Positions 28,997-43,350 are shown, counted from the first letter of the stretch. The stretch is DNA of 64,000 nucleotides from Eledone cirrhosa (GCA_964016885.1 OZ024756.1:22692001-22756000); one strand, 5' to 3'. A program made the numbers and translations. Notes: generated from the letters alone by a model not told the origin.

Positions 28997-29093
28997 CAGT
29001 AGCAATAAGAAAACGCTATGAATCACTTTTGAAATATATATATTAATACAGAATTGTTCTGCATCCCATTCTACTGCATTAATATATATATAT

Positions 29094-29124
<31 letters not shown>

Positions 29125-29166
29125 CGATATATTAACAAATGGAAACTATATTTATAAACCCGTATT

Positions 29167-29231
29167 TATTTCATTATACATATTTCAAGGACACCAAGTT
29201 AAATTATGGTGTGCTTTCATCAGATAAAATA
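29167..29231 (-). ncRNA. Type I hammerhead ribozyme (mirror arm)
   Basis: Reverse complement of 29321-29385. Confidence 0.8.
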
Positions 29232-29320
29232 TAATATAGATCAGTTTTATAAATAAATATTGACATACCCTTAAAGAATGCGACCATTTCAATATCTATT
29301 TATAAAACTGATCTATATTA

Positions 29321-29385
29321 TATTTTATCTGATGAAAGCACACCATAATTTAACTTGGTGTCCTTGAAATATGTATAATGAAATA
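29321..29385 (+). ncRNA. Type I hammerhead ribozyme
   Basis: Stem I TATTTTAT/ATGAAATA; CTGATGA 29329-29335; stem II AAG.ACACCA/TGGTGT.CTT; GAAA 29366-29369; stem III ATA-TG-TAT; AUA triplet. Confidence 0.8.
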
Positions 29386-29629
29386 AATATGGTTTTATAA
29401 ATATAGTTTCCATTTGTTAATATATCGTATTTTTACTCCAATAATTTGTTGAGTGCTTTATATCAGTTATAAAAAATATTTGCTTGTTGTATCCCAACAA
29501 TTTAAATAGAACTTCTACATTTATATCTACGTGTGTATCTACGTGTGTATATGTATCTACGTGTATATCTACGTGTGTATATGTACTTGCCCGCCTGTCT
29601 CTGTCTGTCTCTCTCTCTCTCTCTCTGTA

Positions 29630-29660
<31 letters not shown>

Positions 29661-29884
29661 GTGTGGGTGTGTGTGTGTGAGTCTGTGTCTGTTTGCGTAT
29701 ATGTATTTATCTCTCTCTCTCTGACTCTCTACATATACTTTTTGCGTCTATTTTGAATCGATGTTTTTTTTCTCTCTCTCTCAATGTATCTGTATACCGG
29801 TTTATGTAACCAGCTGTCACACATTGCCCCATACTGATTTCCTGTTACGTTCTAGGTGTGTGTATACGTATATATATATATAAG

Positions 29885-30085
29885 TTTATTCCGGGTTCAA
29901 TCCCGGGAGTAAGCACAGTAAGTAAGGTACTCAATACATAGCAGAGTAGAAATATTTAATATAAATATTTAATATAGAAAAGGATTCTACAGGATTAGAA
30001 ATGTTTCATTCAAGAGAAATCATCAGGAAGCTCTGATCATGTCTCCCGAATGAAACAGTTCTAGTCCTATAGAAGCTATTTCTAT
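29885..30085. mobile_element. Fold-back HHR-family element
   Basis: CTACAGGATTAGAAATGTTTCATTC...CATCAGG followed by GAATGAAACAGTTCTAGTCCTATAGAAGC; homologous to 31820-31947. Confidence 0.7.
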
Positions 30086-30087
30086 AT

Positions 30088-30122
<35 letters not shown>

Positions 30123-30132
30123 TTGTGTGTGT

Positions 30133-30236
<104 letters not shown>

Positions 30237-31785
30237 GCGTGTGTGTGTGTGTGTACGTGTGTGTGTACGTGTGTGTGCATGAGAGGGAAAGAGAGAGAGA
30301 GATGGAGCGAGTGTGTGTGTGTGTTTGAAATTATAATTATATATATATATGCGTAGACTTACGCGCAGACACACAAAGAGAAAAGTACGTACAGACAAAC
30401 ACACATAAATTCTAGTCTACCTCAAAATGGTGCTGAACAAAAAAAAAAAAAAAGTTGGGAATTCGGAAAGGGTGGATTTCGGGAGCAACGTTGGTGTGGG
30501 GTTGGACTGGGGTGGGTAATACGTGAATGCAAGGAACGAGAACGAACACAAGACAACTCACCTGCCCACACACAGCAGCAAGTGCGCTTTAGCACGCCTG
30601 TGCATGCTTTGTGATAGTTCTGTGTGGAAAAAGTATGCAGCTATATGTATATGCATACGGATCTAGAAAAACAACGAGAAGAATAAAAACAGAAGTAACA
30701 ACCAGTAATAGAAGATATTGCTATATATTCTGTCTCTAAACTACCATCAATTGTAATGATCAGGGGCGGAGGTATTTTTTGTTTATGTATTGATATGTTT
30801 CATATTAATGTATTTATGTTTGTTTCAGTCTTTTTCATATTCTTTTTATCTTTTACGCAGCCTTTGTTTCCTGGACACTATTTATACCTCCATCTGTCTC
30901 TTGGTGGTTTGCTTGTCTGTCTTTCTATGTCTATACTTATACATCTGTAGTTATATATATATATGTGTCTACTAAACTAACGTAAGGGCGGTTTTACTCG
31001 CAAATTAGATCTTTTTCTGATGCACTGTTCGTTATGTAATTCCGACTGTTGTTCTTCTGAGTTCACAGTTCATTTCTGGACGAGATCAACTTTAGTTTTA
31101 AACCTTTTGCCGGAGGTCGACAAAATATAATACTGGATAGAGTCCAGTTATTTGACTGATATCTTGGCCTTCCTGGCTCGAAGGATTGTGAGGAGTCGTG
31201 AGAGGATTAACGAGTCCATACACTATATTATTCGCTTTGACAAAATAAAGTTATAACCAATGCTACATAAATCGTAGAACTAACCTTGTTCTTGGGGATT
31301 CCCCTCATCCTGACTGACCGATGAACATGATGTGGTCGATAGAAAGAACAACGATCTAACTTCACCTTTCACATTACCATATATATACATATATATATAT
31401 ATACATATGTATGTATAAATTTACATACTTATCATTAGAAACACCCATGCCTAAGCATGTATAGTAAAGCTGTATACGTTTACATCATATCAACAGGTCT
31501 TTCATAAACGCACTTGCAGTTAAGTACAGGCGAACAGACTCATCCACACGCAAATAGACGTAAGCATACGCATTTACACACAAATCGTGCGCGTGTATAG
31601 AATCATACGTATGATGTCGTCATACACCTGTTTTGTGGTAATTATTGCAAAGTCCATACGTTTAAAGGGAGTATATATAACACTGTATTTGTGTATTCAT
31701 ATCTACATACATGTGTATATGAATGTATGTCCGTAAAAGGAGTCACACTTGCATACAAAAAAAAAACGTTAGTTTATAAACATTT

Positions 31786-31821
<36 letters not shown>

Positions 31822-31886
31822 TAGAAATGGCTTCTACAGGACTAGAACTGTTTCATTCGAAGGAAATGATTATAAACGCCCATCAG

Positions 31887-31938
31887 GGCTTTCCTGATGA
31901 TTTCATTCGAATGAAACAGTTCTAGTCCTGTAGAAGCC
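31887..31938 (+). ncRNA. Type I hammerhead ribozyme inside palindrome 31820-31947
   Basis: GGCTTTC-CTGATGA(31894-31900)-TTTCATTCGAAT-GAAA-CAG-TTCTAGTC-CTG-TA-GAAGCC. The 42-bp inverted arms are 31820-31861 and 31906-31947. Confidence 0.7.
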
Positions 31939-31982
<44 letters not shown>

Positions 31983-32371
31983 GTACAGACACAAATATAT
32001 GTATCTATTGTGAGAAGGAATATGATATATACATACGTATGTATGTACGTATGTATATATGAATATATATATACATACGTATGAGAGAGTGTATGTGTGT
32101 TTGTTCATGTGTATGATGTAGATGAAAAAATTACAATCAATTATAATGATTTCTAATTTCGGCACAAGACTCACAGCTCTGGGTGCGGTGAAGTTCGATT
32201 ATGTCAAACCCTGTACTTGGCTGCTATATTTCGTTATCGACCACGAAAGATTGGAAGGCAAATTATATATAGCTGAGGGTTCGCATATATCGCAACTAAC
32301 CACCATATCTGCTGAATCGTATCACTGTCCGCCACCTGCGACCCGTTCTCTAGCTGAACAGCCCTGTCTTC

Positions 32372-32705
32372 AGAAGAAGAAGAAGAAGAAGAAGAAGAAG
32401 AAGAAGGAGGGGAGGAGAAGAAGAAGAAGAAGAAGAAGAAGAAGAAGAAGAAGAAGAAGAAGAAGAAGAAGAAGAAGAAGAAGAAGAAGAAGAAGAAGGA
32501 GAAGAAGAAGAAGAAGAAGAAGAAGAAGAAAAATAAGGAGAAGGAAGAGAAGAAGAAGAAGAAGAATAAGGAGAAGGAAGAGAAGGGGGAGAAGAAGAAG
32601 AAGAAGAAGAAGAAGAAGAAGAAGAAAAAGAAGAAAAAGAAAAAGAAAAAGAAAAAGAAGAAGAAGAAGAAGAAGAAGAACAACAACAACAACAACAACA
32701 ACAAG
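32372..32705. repeat. (AAG)n microsatellite with (AAC)n tail
   Basis: Direct inspection. Confidence 0.95.
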
Positions 32706-33555
32706 AAAGAAAAGGGTTCCAACGCAGAATTTAAAGGATAGTGAAAAAAATATCAGTGTTTCAGTTAAATTAGCGAAGTTCCCGAAAGAATAAGAAGCTA
32801 TCTCAAACTGAGAAAGAGACTTAAACAGAAAGCAATGTTGGGAAAGTAAGTGTATTAGAAGCAGATATGGCGGTGTGGTTAAAATTGGCGCTTCGAAATA
32901 ACGGGGATTAGGGTTCAGTCCCATTGTGTGATACCTTGTGTAAGTGACTTTTATTAGAACTTTAGGGTAACTAATGGCTTGTCTGCGGCATATGTCATCG
33001 ATAATTTTGCAGAAGCCTTCAGATGTATGTGTGTGTGAGACGGAGAGATGTGTATGTGTGTCTCTCTCTGTGCTGTGTGCGGTCCACGATAGCCAGCTCG
33101 GGTGGGGGTGTTAGTGGTGGTGTGTGTGTGTGTGTGTCGATCACTGGACAGGGTCGAATGCTGTGTATCAGAAATAAACTATATTTCACGTCCTTCTAGG
33201 CTAGTCAGCTGAATGCTAGAAGCAGATGAATGTCTTAACTTCATGATATATTATTTTGGCTCATATACTTAATCTGTAGATAGATACCGTGTATGCCGGC
33301 GTACAAGTCGAACCGGCGCATAGGTTAATCCCGAAAATTCTGATGTGTAATTCAGGTTTAGGTCAATATTTGTCGCATAAGACCCCCCCCCCCAAAAAAA
33401 AAGGCAGAACCATCTCCCCAGTGCTAGATGCCCTTGCTATTCTTTCTTTGCTCAAAATATAAAACATGGAAATATACACTAAATAGTTTTCAAATAAAAA
33501 TGATGACCTACCCTATGAGCTACGCCAAGTAATTGATATTATTCTAACCTTTATG

Positions 33556-33745
33556 GTGTATTGGCAGTATTGGTAGAGGGTCAGACGCCATGCTTTCCAA
33601 CATAGAATTATGTCTCTTTATGGTCTCAGTTCAAATCCTGCTGTGGTTAACTTTACCTTTCATCCTTACGGAGTCGATAAAATAAAGTACCAGTAATGAA
33701 CTGGGAAAATTGCTGGCCTTGTGTCGAAAGTAAAAACAATTATTA
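33556..33745 (+). mobile_element. SINE family A
   Basis: Head-core-tail match. Confidence 0.8.
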
Positions 33746-34083
33746 TAACCTCTACATTAAATAGACTTATCAAATATGAGATTCAGTAGGGAGTAATACG
33801 TATGTAACATGTAGTGTAGTAAATAAATGTATACAAATACACCAGGTCCGAAGACAAAGGAACCAAACACCCACTGTCACGGCCTCGGTCTCTCCCGCTC
33901 TAAACATCTCTCACTATTATGAGAAAATGGGGGCCCACGCTCTGGGGACAGAATAGACAAAGCAACGTGTTCATTTAACGACTGTAAAGGACTAATGCCC
34001 CTTCTAAGTGAAATCAGGATGAGCTCCCGTCAAACGAGCCTCTACGATCAAGGTTGAAATGTTGGTGATGATGGTGATGGTGA

Positions 34084-34132
<49 letters not shown>

Positions 34133-34597
34133 CGACGATGAGGAGGAGGATGGGGCGGAGTAGAAAGAAGCGTAAGGAAAATATTTCTAATATAAAAAGA
34201 ACAAGCTGGCTTATTTATATACAGGCCTGTTGTGGCTTTTCAATCCGCTGAATTGATGCTTATATATGCCCCTTTCTTACGTTATCGATTTTGGGCAGAT
34301 GACAAGCCATTGTAGACTGGGATAAGGTTTTAACTGGGGCCAATATGGTCCCTAATTAGTCGATACATTTCATTTTCCCTAACACCTCTGATCCTCCATA
34401 ATAATATATATAGTACAATGAAACATTCAGCTAATTCTGAAAACTATGAGCGGGTAAGTGTGTTAGTGCACTTACATGTGTGTCTACGAAAGTGTGTGTG
34501 CGGATGTTTGCATATGAGCGTGTGTGTGCGTGTGTGTGTCTACGTAAGGGTGTGTGCAGACATTTGCATATGAGCGTTTGTGTGTGTATGTGCGTGA

Positions 34598-34667
<70 letters not shown>

Positions 34668-35045
34668 TTTATGTTAAGGCAGACGAGGATATGTCTGCAA
34701 CAAAGCAACAAACGCCATACAATTTGAAGCGTTATTTAACATACACCTCTTTACTGTAATTATTATCAATATATTTATTGTTCTTTCAGTAATAGTAACA
34801 GCAGTAACAGCGTCACTAGTAGCAGTAGCAGTAGTAATAGCAGTAGTAGTAGCAGCTACATTATACAGCGTGCTGTATCATGAGATACAGGGTGTAGTCT
34901 GAAGAAACATGCGTTAAGTTTCGACGTATGACCATATATTACACTCTATTATATAAAATAATATATGACTGACTGCATGACATCATAAGACATACACAGG
35001 GATCTTATAAGACATTAGCTATTGTGATATAAGTTATCTTTGGTG

Positions 35046-36251
35046 GTGATACTAAATACTGACTAAAGATTGACTTAGGGATACTAAATGTTGACTAAAC
35101 GTTGACTTAGTGATACTAAATACTGACTAAAGATTGACTTAGTGATACTAAATACTGACTAAAGATTGACTTAGTGATACTAAATGTTGACTAAAGATTG
35201 ACTTAGGGATACTAAATACTGACTAAAGATTGACTTAGGGATACTAAATGTTGACTAAAGATTGACTTAGTGATACTAAATCCTGACTAAAGATTGACTT
35301 AGTGATACTAAATACTGACTAAAGATTGACTTAGTGATACTAAATAGTGATTAAAGATTGACTTAGTGATACTAAATACTGACTAAAGATTGACTTAGGG
35401 ATACTAAATGTTGACTAAAGATTGACTTAGTGATACTAAATACTGACTAAAGATTGACTTAGGGATACTAAATGTTGACTAAAGATTGACTTAGTGATAC
35501 TAAATGTTGACTAAAGATTGACTTAGTGATACTAAATAGTGATTAAAGATTGACTTAGTGATACTAAATACTGACTAAAGATTGACTTAGGGATACTAAA
35601 TGTTGACTAAAGATTGACTTAGTGATACTAAATACTGACTAAAGATTGACTTAGTGATACTAAATACTGACTAAAGATTGACTTAGTGATACTAAATAGT
35701 GATTAAAGATTGACTTAGTGATACTAAATACTGACTAAAGATTGACTTAGGGATACTAAATGTTGACTAAAGATTGACTTAGTGATACTAAATACTGACT
35801 AAAGATTGACTTAGGGATACTAAATGTTGACTAAAGATTGACTTAGTGATACTAAATACTGACTAAAGATTGACTTAGTGATACTAAATAGTGATTAAAG
35901 ATTGACTTAGTGATACTAAATACTGACTAAAGATTGACTTAGGGATACTAAATGTTGACTAAAGATTGACTTAGTGATACTAAATACTGACTAAAGATTG
36001 ACTTAGGGATACTAAATGTTGACTAAAGATTGACTTAGTGATACTAAATGTTGACTAAAGATTGACTTAGGGATACTAAATGTTGACTAAAGATTGACTG
36101 GGTGATAATAAATGTTGACTAAAGATTGACTTGGAGATACTAAATGTTGACTAAAGATTGACTGTACTGATAATAAATGTTGACTAAAGATTGACTTGGA
36201 GATACTAAATGTTGACTAAAGATTGACTGTACTGATAATAAATGTTGACTG
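35046..36251. repeat. 32-bp minisatellite, ~37 copies
   Basis: Unit GTGATACTAAATACTGACTAAAGATTGACTTA, with variants GGGATACTAAATGTT and ATAGTGATT. Confidence 0.95.
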
Positions 36252-36719
36252 ATTTGGGCCCAAGGACAACAATTTTGGGGAAAGAGTCGAACAAATTGAC
36301 TCCAGTGCGTTACTGGTATTTTATTTCATCGGACCCTGTAAGGATAAAATACAAAGCTAACCTCGGTGAGATTTGAACACAAAACGTAAAGGGACATAGT
36401 TATATGCCACAAAGCATTTTGTCTAATGCTCTTCAGATTACTGTCATACACGTTATGCAATATATAAAGTGTGTGTGTTTTTCTATCTGTCTGTCTGTGT
36501 GTTTTTAATAACCTTTTACCTAATACCATCAGACACGATGTGTGATATCATATATGTGATATTCGTTCAACAAAACATACACTGTTTTGTAATCATGGTG
36601 GCCATGATGTGTGATTTCATGACATATCACGAGACATAATATATCTCAAGTCACGATGTTATTCAAATGGTTTTCTATCATAAAATATTTGAAATGTCTA
36701 AAGTCTTTCTCGAACGCGA

Positions 36720-36975
36720 TGACTCATCAAGCCGGTACTTATCCCGGTTTCCTTGGCGTTAAGCGACTGAGAGGACACGACACGCCTCCCTCCTGGAGAA
36801 GACGTCAGTCCATCCAGAGTTAAACCTCCAGCTATTGCTGGTACTCAGGTTCAGCTGAGTATGCTGGAGCAACATGAAATGAAGCGTTTTGCTGAACAAC
36901 ACAACGCACAACCCTGTCCTGGAATCTATCCAAATACATTATAAACATAAGTCCGTTACTAGGCCACGCGCCTCC
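36720..36975 (-). mobile_element. SINE family B
   Basis: Reverse-complement homolog of 8597-8875, ending GGCCACGCGCCTCC. Confidence 0.75.
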
Positions 36976-37448
36976 AATGTTTTGGGGGGTTAGTGAAAAA
37001 CTAAGGTTACTGCCTGGTTTGCCAGTAAAGTGATATTGTAAAGATTTTACTTCTTTATGTTATTCCTTTATGAAATAAAGTTTTTTGTAATAAAGGAAAA
37101 TAAAAAAAATAGATATATATTCTTTCTATTATCAAGTTTAAAGGTACATGATGAATTTTTATGTAATATTTACCCTTCGTATCGTGAAAAAATATTGAAG
37201 ACCACTACCATAAGACATTCATTATTTAATATTTGTTTTGATATCGTAAGATAGACAGTGTGATATCATGTGATGTACACTAGGACATCCTAATACACAA
37301 CGTGCAATATCTTAAAACGGAAAATATATGTAATGAAGCGTTGAAAAATAAGGAGTGTAATTGTTCGAATTAACAAAGCAAGACATATGATATACGATGT
37401 GATATAAAACGTGGTAGCATGTTATAATACTTATTATGATTATATATA

Positions 37449-37632
37449 CAGGTTAAAGTCCGTTATAACGAATACCATTATAACAATTTTTTCAGTATAA
37501 CGAAATTTTTTTTCAATCTTCGAGGTAATAACAAACAAACGCTCGATTTGTTTCGGTCGATCTCGTTATACAGAATTTTTCGTTACAACGAATTTATACC
37601 CCCATGAATTTCGTTATAACCATATTTCACTG
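37449..37632. mobile_element. Tc1/mariner (pogo/Tigger-like) MITE
   Basis: TA|CAG...CTG|TA termini with imperfect TIRs containing CGTTATAACGAA / TTCGTTATAAC. Confidence 0.7.
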
Positions 37633-37756
37633 TATATATATAAATGATCATATTATTATGAACAATATCATAAGATATGGCATGATATCACTAACTAAAC
37701 AGACAATGTGACATTTTAAAGTATGTCGAATGAAATGGTGAGGGAAAATAATGAGT

Positions 37757-38040
37757 TCTAGTATAGGCACAAGGCCAGTAATTTGGGCGGGAGGGGAAGT
37801 CAATTAAATCGACTCCAGTACATTACTGGTACTTTATTTTATCGATCCCGTAACCAACCATTATAATAATTGTTTCTACTTTTGGCACAAGGCCAGCAAT
37901 TATTCCAGTACATTACTGGTAATATATTTTATCGACCACCGTAAGGATGAAAGGCAAAGTTTACCTCGGCGGGATTTGAACTCAGACCGTAAAGGTACAT
38001 AACTCTATGCAGCAACGCATGGCGTCCGACCCTCTACCGG
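37757..38040 (-). mobile_element. Two SINE family A copies (minus strand)
   Basis: Reverse-complement tail/core at 37757-37852 and near-full copy at 37866-38040. Confidence 0.8.
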
Positions 38041-38385
38041 TGTCATAAGATATGACATGATATCACTAACTAGACAGGCAATGTGATATTTTAAAGTATG
38101 TAGAATGAAATAGTGAGGGAAAATAATAGAAGAAAATATTGATGTGATTTTGAATAATGCTTGCATGAATAGGAGAAAAATGTTCAAGGGTTATTGAAAA
38201 ATACTTGCATGATCTATTGAATGAAGTGGGGAAAGAATTGTGTTTAAATGTGTACAGTTGTGTATGAGAGATTTGTGTACTATATCTGTATTTCGTGTGT
38301 AGGTTTATGTGTGATTTGTTTGATGTAGCAGTCATTCATATGATCAGAGACATTCCAACCATGACAATTACGTATTATAATCAGA

Positions 38386-38730
38386 GGGTGGTGGATTGGC
38401 AGTATCGGTAGAGGGTCGGACGCCATGCTTTCCAACATAGAGTTACGTCCATTTACGGTCTGAATTCAAATCCCGTCGAGGTTAACTTTGCCTTTCATCC
38501 TTACGATGTCGATAAAATAAAGTACCAGTAATGCACTGGTTAATTGCTGGCCTTGTGCCTAAAAGTAGAAACAATTATAATCAGAGGGCGGTGAATTGGC
38601 AGTCGGTGGAAGGTCGAATGCCATGCTTTCCAGCATAGAGTTACGTCCCTTTACGGTCTGAGTTCAAATCCCGTCGAGGTTAACTTTGCCTTTCATCCTT
38701 ACGGTGTCGATAAAATAAAGTACCAGTAAT
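38386..38730 (+). mobile_element. Two tandem SINE family A copies
   Basis: Both copies are preceded by ATTATAATCAGAGGG. Confidence 0.85.
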
Positions 38731-39411
38731 GTGTGATGGGGGAGGGGTGATCGGGGAGAGAGAGGGGGGAGAGAAAACTGGTGTGTTCTCTTTCAAGTAG
38801 TGCGTGGAAGCAAAGCTAAAAGAATTCAAGGATTGAATGGTTTGGGAGGGTAAGGTGGAAGAAGAAGAAGAAGAAGAAGAAGAAGAAGAAGAAGAAGAAG
38901 AAGAAGAAGAAGAAGAAGAAGAAGAAGAAGAAGAACCCAATTTCAATTGATGCATCGTTTCCCGGCAGGTCTAAACAGCTGACTAAAGGGTTTGAGACTT
39001 GTGACAGGAAAAACATACTGCCATAAAACATGGCCCTATGACGAATTTGCCCAAGCCTGTCGGTGGTTTTCTCGCAAGACTAATTCTTGTTTTAGTAAAG
39101 GAAATGGCCTTAAAACGCTTGTTGTTGTATTCAAACTAAGATAATAATATACAATGTGTCCTATTATTTGTTAGGGTGGTCGGTTTTGGTGTGAAAGAGA
39201 AACTTGCTATTTATAGTAACCCTGCAGAGAATCCTTCATGCATATTGGTGAGTATATGTATATATATAATATAGGAAAAAGTATGACCCCCGACGGCAGA
39301 GCTCAAGCCGTTTCGACGGCTATTTCTGGACTATTACCCACTCTACTACCCTAAGTATTGAGTACTCTGGTGCGTTATGGTCCATCTGGTTCCTTACCAC
39401 AACTCCTTCGT

Positions 39412-39444
<33 letters not shown>

Positions 39445-39564
39445 ATTTGGTTTTTACGTCAAGCCTAAACCAGAATAATTCTGATCACAGGCGTTTCAAG
39501 CATGGCTAACCTCTCCTTCACTTGGGAGTTGCATATTTAACGTATGCTGTCCTTCTTTGCAACC

Positions 39565-39800
39565 ATATCATCATCTTCATCCGGCGGCCTCAGCCGAAAT
39601 CGACTCAACAATTGATCCCCACGTCGGTCTGTCGTTCATTGCCGTTGCCAGATCCTGGATTTCAATACAAGAACCTCTGGAGATGACATCGGTATAGGAC
39701 AACTTGCGCCCCCTATTATTAGTAACTGCTTGTGGTTTCCAAAGCACTAATGGGGACACAGCTTCATAGGTGGTACGATGGCAGTGGCCAGCAAATCTTA
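39565..39800 (-). mobile_element. RTE-clade LINE 3' fragment
   Basis: RFAGHCHR...LVLWKP...GRKLSYTDVI......AMNDRPTW, a typical RTE ORF C-terminus, followed by a GAT-like tail. Confidence 0.7.
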
Positions 39801-40363
39801 CTCTCCTTTTACGTACAACGACAGATATGCGTGGGAGGCCGGCATATATCTCCCCTCAAAGTCGAATGTCGCCAGCTTACTTTCTGAATTGTATTTTAAT
39901 TTTGTGGATATTCCATTGGTGGTTCATGCGCATGTGTATCATTGCATGTCGGTGCATCTCTGTATTCATATTTATGTGTTTTGTCTATGTATATGCCTAT
40001 ATGTGCAATCATGCATTTCTACGACTTATCCATATCTATGGCTATATCTTCACCCTGTATAACTAATGTGTTTATAGATGAATACACTCACGGATATATA
40101 AGTATATACATTGGATGGAAAAATATGAGTTGTGCCTGTAATTCTAAGGATAATTCATGTCACATACTGTGTCACACTGAATCTTCCTGAGAATTACGTA
40201 GAGTGTACACGTGTCTGTAGAATACTTAGTTACTTGCTCGTTAATTTCTCGTTTAGGTCGTTCTGTTGATCAAACAATTGGAACATTCTTCGTCGGAACC
40301 GACAGAAGTCCAATAACAACACTAACACATACATATAATATACATACATATACACACACACAT

Positions 40364-40402
<39 letters not shown>

Positions 40403-40523
40403 CATACACATGTATATACATACATACACACATATATATACATACACATATATATACATACATGCACACATATATATACATACACATATATATACATACA
40501 TACAAACATATATATATATTCAT

Positions 40524-40596
<73 letters not shown>

Positions 40597-40624
40597 TACA
40601 TACATACATACATACATACATACA

Positions 40625-40658
<34 letters not shown>

Positions 40659-41179
40659 CATACCATATAATTATATTAATTATATATGGATACACACATA
40701 TAAATATATACATATACACATAAATATATACATCCATTTATATATATATATATTTATTAAAATAACAGATTAAAGTTTAAGCAAAGAATCGCTGCTTTCA
40801 CCCTTAACGGGATCTTATATATTTGATATGTATTTATCCTTAGCGAGCCCTCTTTGGATTTTAGTCTTCAAATTTATTATTATTACTATATATATATAAT
40901 ATTAAGGATACTATTTATGGTTATGTATATACTAAAACATTTTATATTTATGTATATTTTAAACCCTAAACAGTGAAGGTCAGTAATTTATTACTACCTT
41001 ATTACCAGTAAGATAAATAGCTCAATGTAATAACATCAGTTGTTCTACAGAGCAGTTATAAAGAATTCACAAAATGCTCCGAAGACACCAAGCCTAGGTT
41101 TGGATGAAACAATTGTAAGTGAATGAATGCTTTAAACATAGCTTTGATTCTTGTGAATTCTATATATATATATATATAT

Positions 41180-41368
41180 AGCGAAGGAAAAGTGGTAAGG
41201 AACCAGGTGGACCATAACGCACCAAAGTACTCAATACTTAGGGTAGTAGAGTGGGTAATAGGAGTAAGTAAGACCCCGACGGCTGAGCTCAAGCCGTTTC
41301 GACGGCTAATTCTGTACAGAATTAGCCGTCGAAACGGCTTGAGCTCAGCTGTCGGGGTCTTACTTACT

Positions 41369-41372
<4 letters not shown>
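41180..41372 (-). mobile_element. pLTR-like family G fold-back copy
   Basis: Palindrome centred on TCTGTACAGA; flanked by (TA)n. Confidence 0.8.
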
Positions 41373-41439
<67 letters not shown>

Positions 41440-41681
41440 CCATATATACGTTCAAACATATATACTATTGTTAGGCATTATCACCCATCATCATCAGCAG
41501 CAGTAAAGTCGCTGTATTCATTAATACCTTAATTAGGACTGTAATACTTGTGAATGTTAATGTAATTACTATATACCTGACGTTGCTTGTGTGAATGTGA
41601 GATATTGTCTTAATTATTATCAACAATCCACTCCACGTCTCCTCATCTTTACTGATAATTTTATTGTCATTATTTTAATTT

Positions 41682-42226
41682 TGGCGGTGGATTGGCCGTA
41701 TCAGTCGGACGCCATGCTTTACAACATAGAGTTACGGCCCTTGCCATTCTGAGTTCAAATCCCGCCGAGGTTAACTTTGCCTTTCATCCTTACGGGGTCG
41801 ATAAAATAAAGTACCAGTAATGTACTAGGTAATTGCTGGCCTTGTGCCAAAATTAGAAACAATTATATCTTACGTGCATGTATGTTTAGTGTTCATATCT
41901 TGCTAAAGTTAGCTATACCTTTCATTCTTATGGGGGGGGGGGTTAATAATATATAGTACCAGTAACACAGTGGGGTCGAATTTAATCGACTCCTCCACTC
42001 CAAATATTGTTCGCCTTGTCCCTACATCAGAAATCATAATTGTTTTACCTTTGGCACAAGGCCAGCACTGACCTAGTGCATTACTGGTACTTTATTTTAT
42101 CGACCTCGTATGGATGAAAGACAAAGTTAACCTCGGCGGGATTTCAACTCAGGATGGCAAGGGCCATAACTCTATGCGTCAAAGCATGGCGTCCGACCCT
42201 CTACCGATACTGCCAATCCACCGCCT
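41682..42226. mobile_element. SINE family A cluster (+, partial +, -)
   Basis: 41682-41867 (+), 41905-42040 (+) and 42040-42226 (-). CCTACATCAGAAATCATAAT is repeated on both sides of the minus copy (TSD-like). Confidence 0.8.
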
Positions 42227-42963
42227 ACATCAGAAATCATAATGACCATCAATATTTATAGTTTATATCATGTTTGTAAATCATTGTATGTTTTTTAATC
42301 ATTTATTCCTTGTTAAATAAATCTTTCTATTGTAGAACGTCATAACAAACTACCCTATTATAGTTTCCTTTTGTCATTCTGGGGTTGATAAAATAAAGTA
42401 CCAGTAACACATTCGGGTCCATTAAATCGACTTTCCCTTTCTCACAAATCAGAAACCATGATAATCATCATCATTGAAATAGTTTATATCATGTTTGTAA
42501 TTTACTGTATATATTTTAATCACATTTTCCTTATCATATTAATCTTTCTGTTGCATCAGGTCCTAACATAACAACTACCCTCGTATTTTTTAATATATTT
42601 TTATATATAACTTACTCTCTCTAGCTTAATGCATTCAAACCCATATGCTTATAATTTTACTGTATTTCTATCTATACGCCTTTGTTGCTGATAAAGAAAA
42701 TATTATTATATTCATATAAATCATACCATTATAAATGATTGATGTGATTATTATTACATTCTATTTCTCGATTAGAATAATCTACCAGACATATCCTGGC
42801 GCATCGTATACTTGGCTACAGCCGCCACTCTTTCACCAACCACTGCCGGGACTATAGTTAAATACTACAAATGTTGTTTATATAGTCAGTGTTAAATAAG
42901 TAAGTAATTAGTTTGTTTGGATTAATTTATAGCGTACTTCTAATATATAGCGTGTCATCACAA

Positions 42964-43050
<87 letters not shown>

Positions 43051-43056
<6 letters not shown>

Positions 43057-43210
43057 CTTCTACATAACTAGAACTGTTTCATTCGAGATTTCTCACGAGT
43101 GAAACAGTTCTAGTCCTGTAGAAGCTTTTCTATATTAAACATTTATACTCTGCCTTGTATTGAGTACCTTACTTACTGTGGTTACCCCCGATTGAACCCG
43201 GGATAACTTA
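43051..43210 (+). mobile_element. Fold-back HHR-family fragment
   Basis: GAAAAGCTTCTACA..ACTAGAACTGTTTCA / TGAAACAGTTCTAGTCCTGTAGAAGCTTTTC, with tail TACTCTG...GAGTACC. Confidence 0.7.
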
Positions 43211-43212
43211 TC

Positions 43213-43350
<138 letters not shown>

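Larger units (their letters stand above)
29122..29520. mobile_element. Fold-back pLTR-like element with two intact HHRs
   Basis: Arms 29122-~29256 and 29297-29430. One-sided tail TACTCCAATAATTTGTTGAGTGCT; a tail homolog lies at 16321-16393. Confidence 0.85.

Noticed and set aside
32122-32793. Arg/Lys-rich protamine-like ORF
   Set aside because: Produced by an (AAG)n microsatellite preceded by a decayed SINE.
35046-36251. CRISPR-like 32-bp repeats
   Set aside because: The units are contiguous with no unique spacers, the context is eukaryotic and there are no cas genes.
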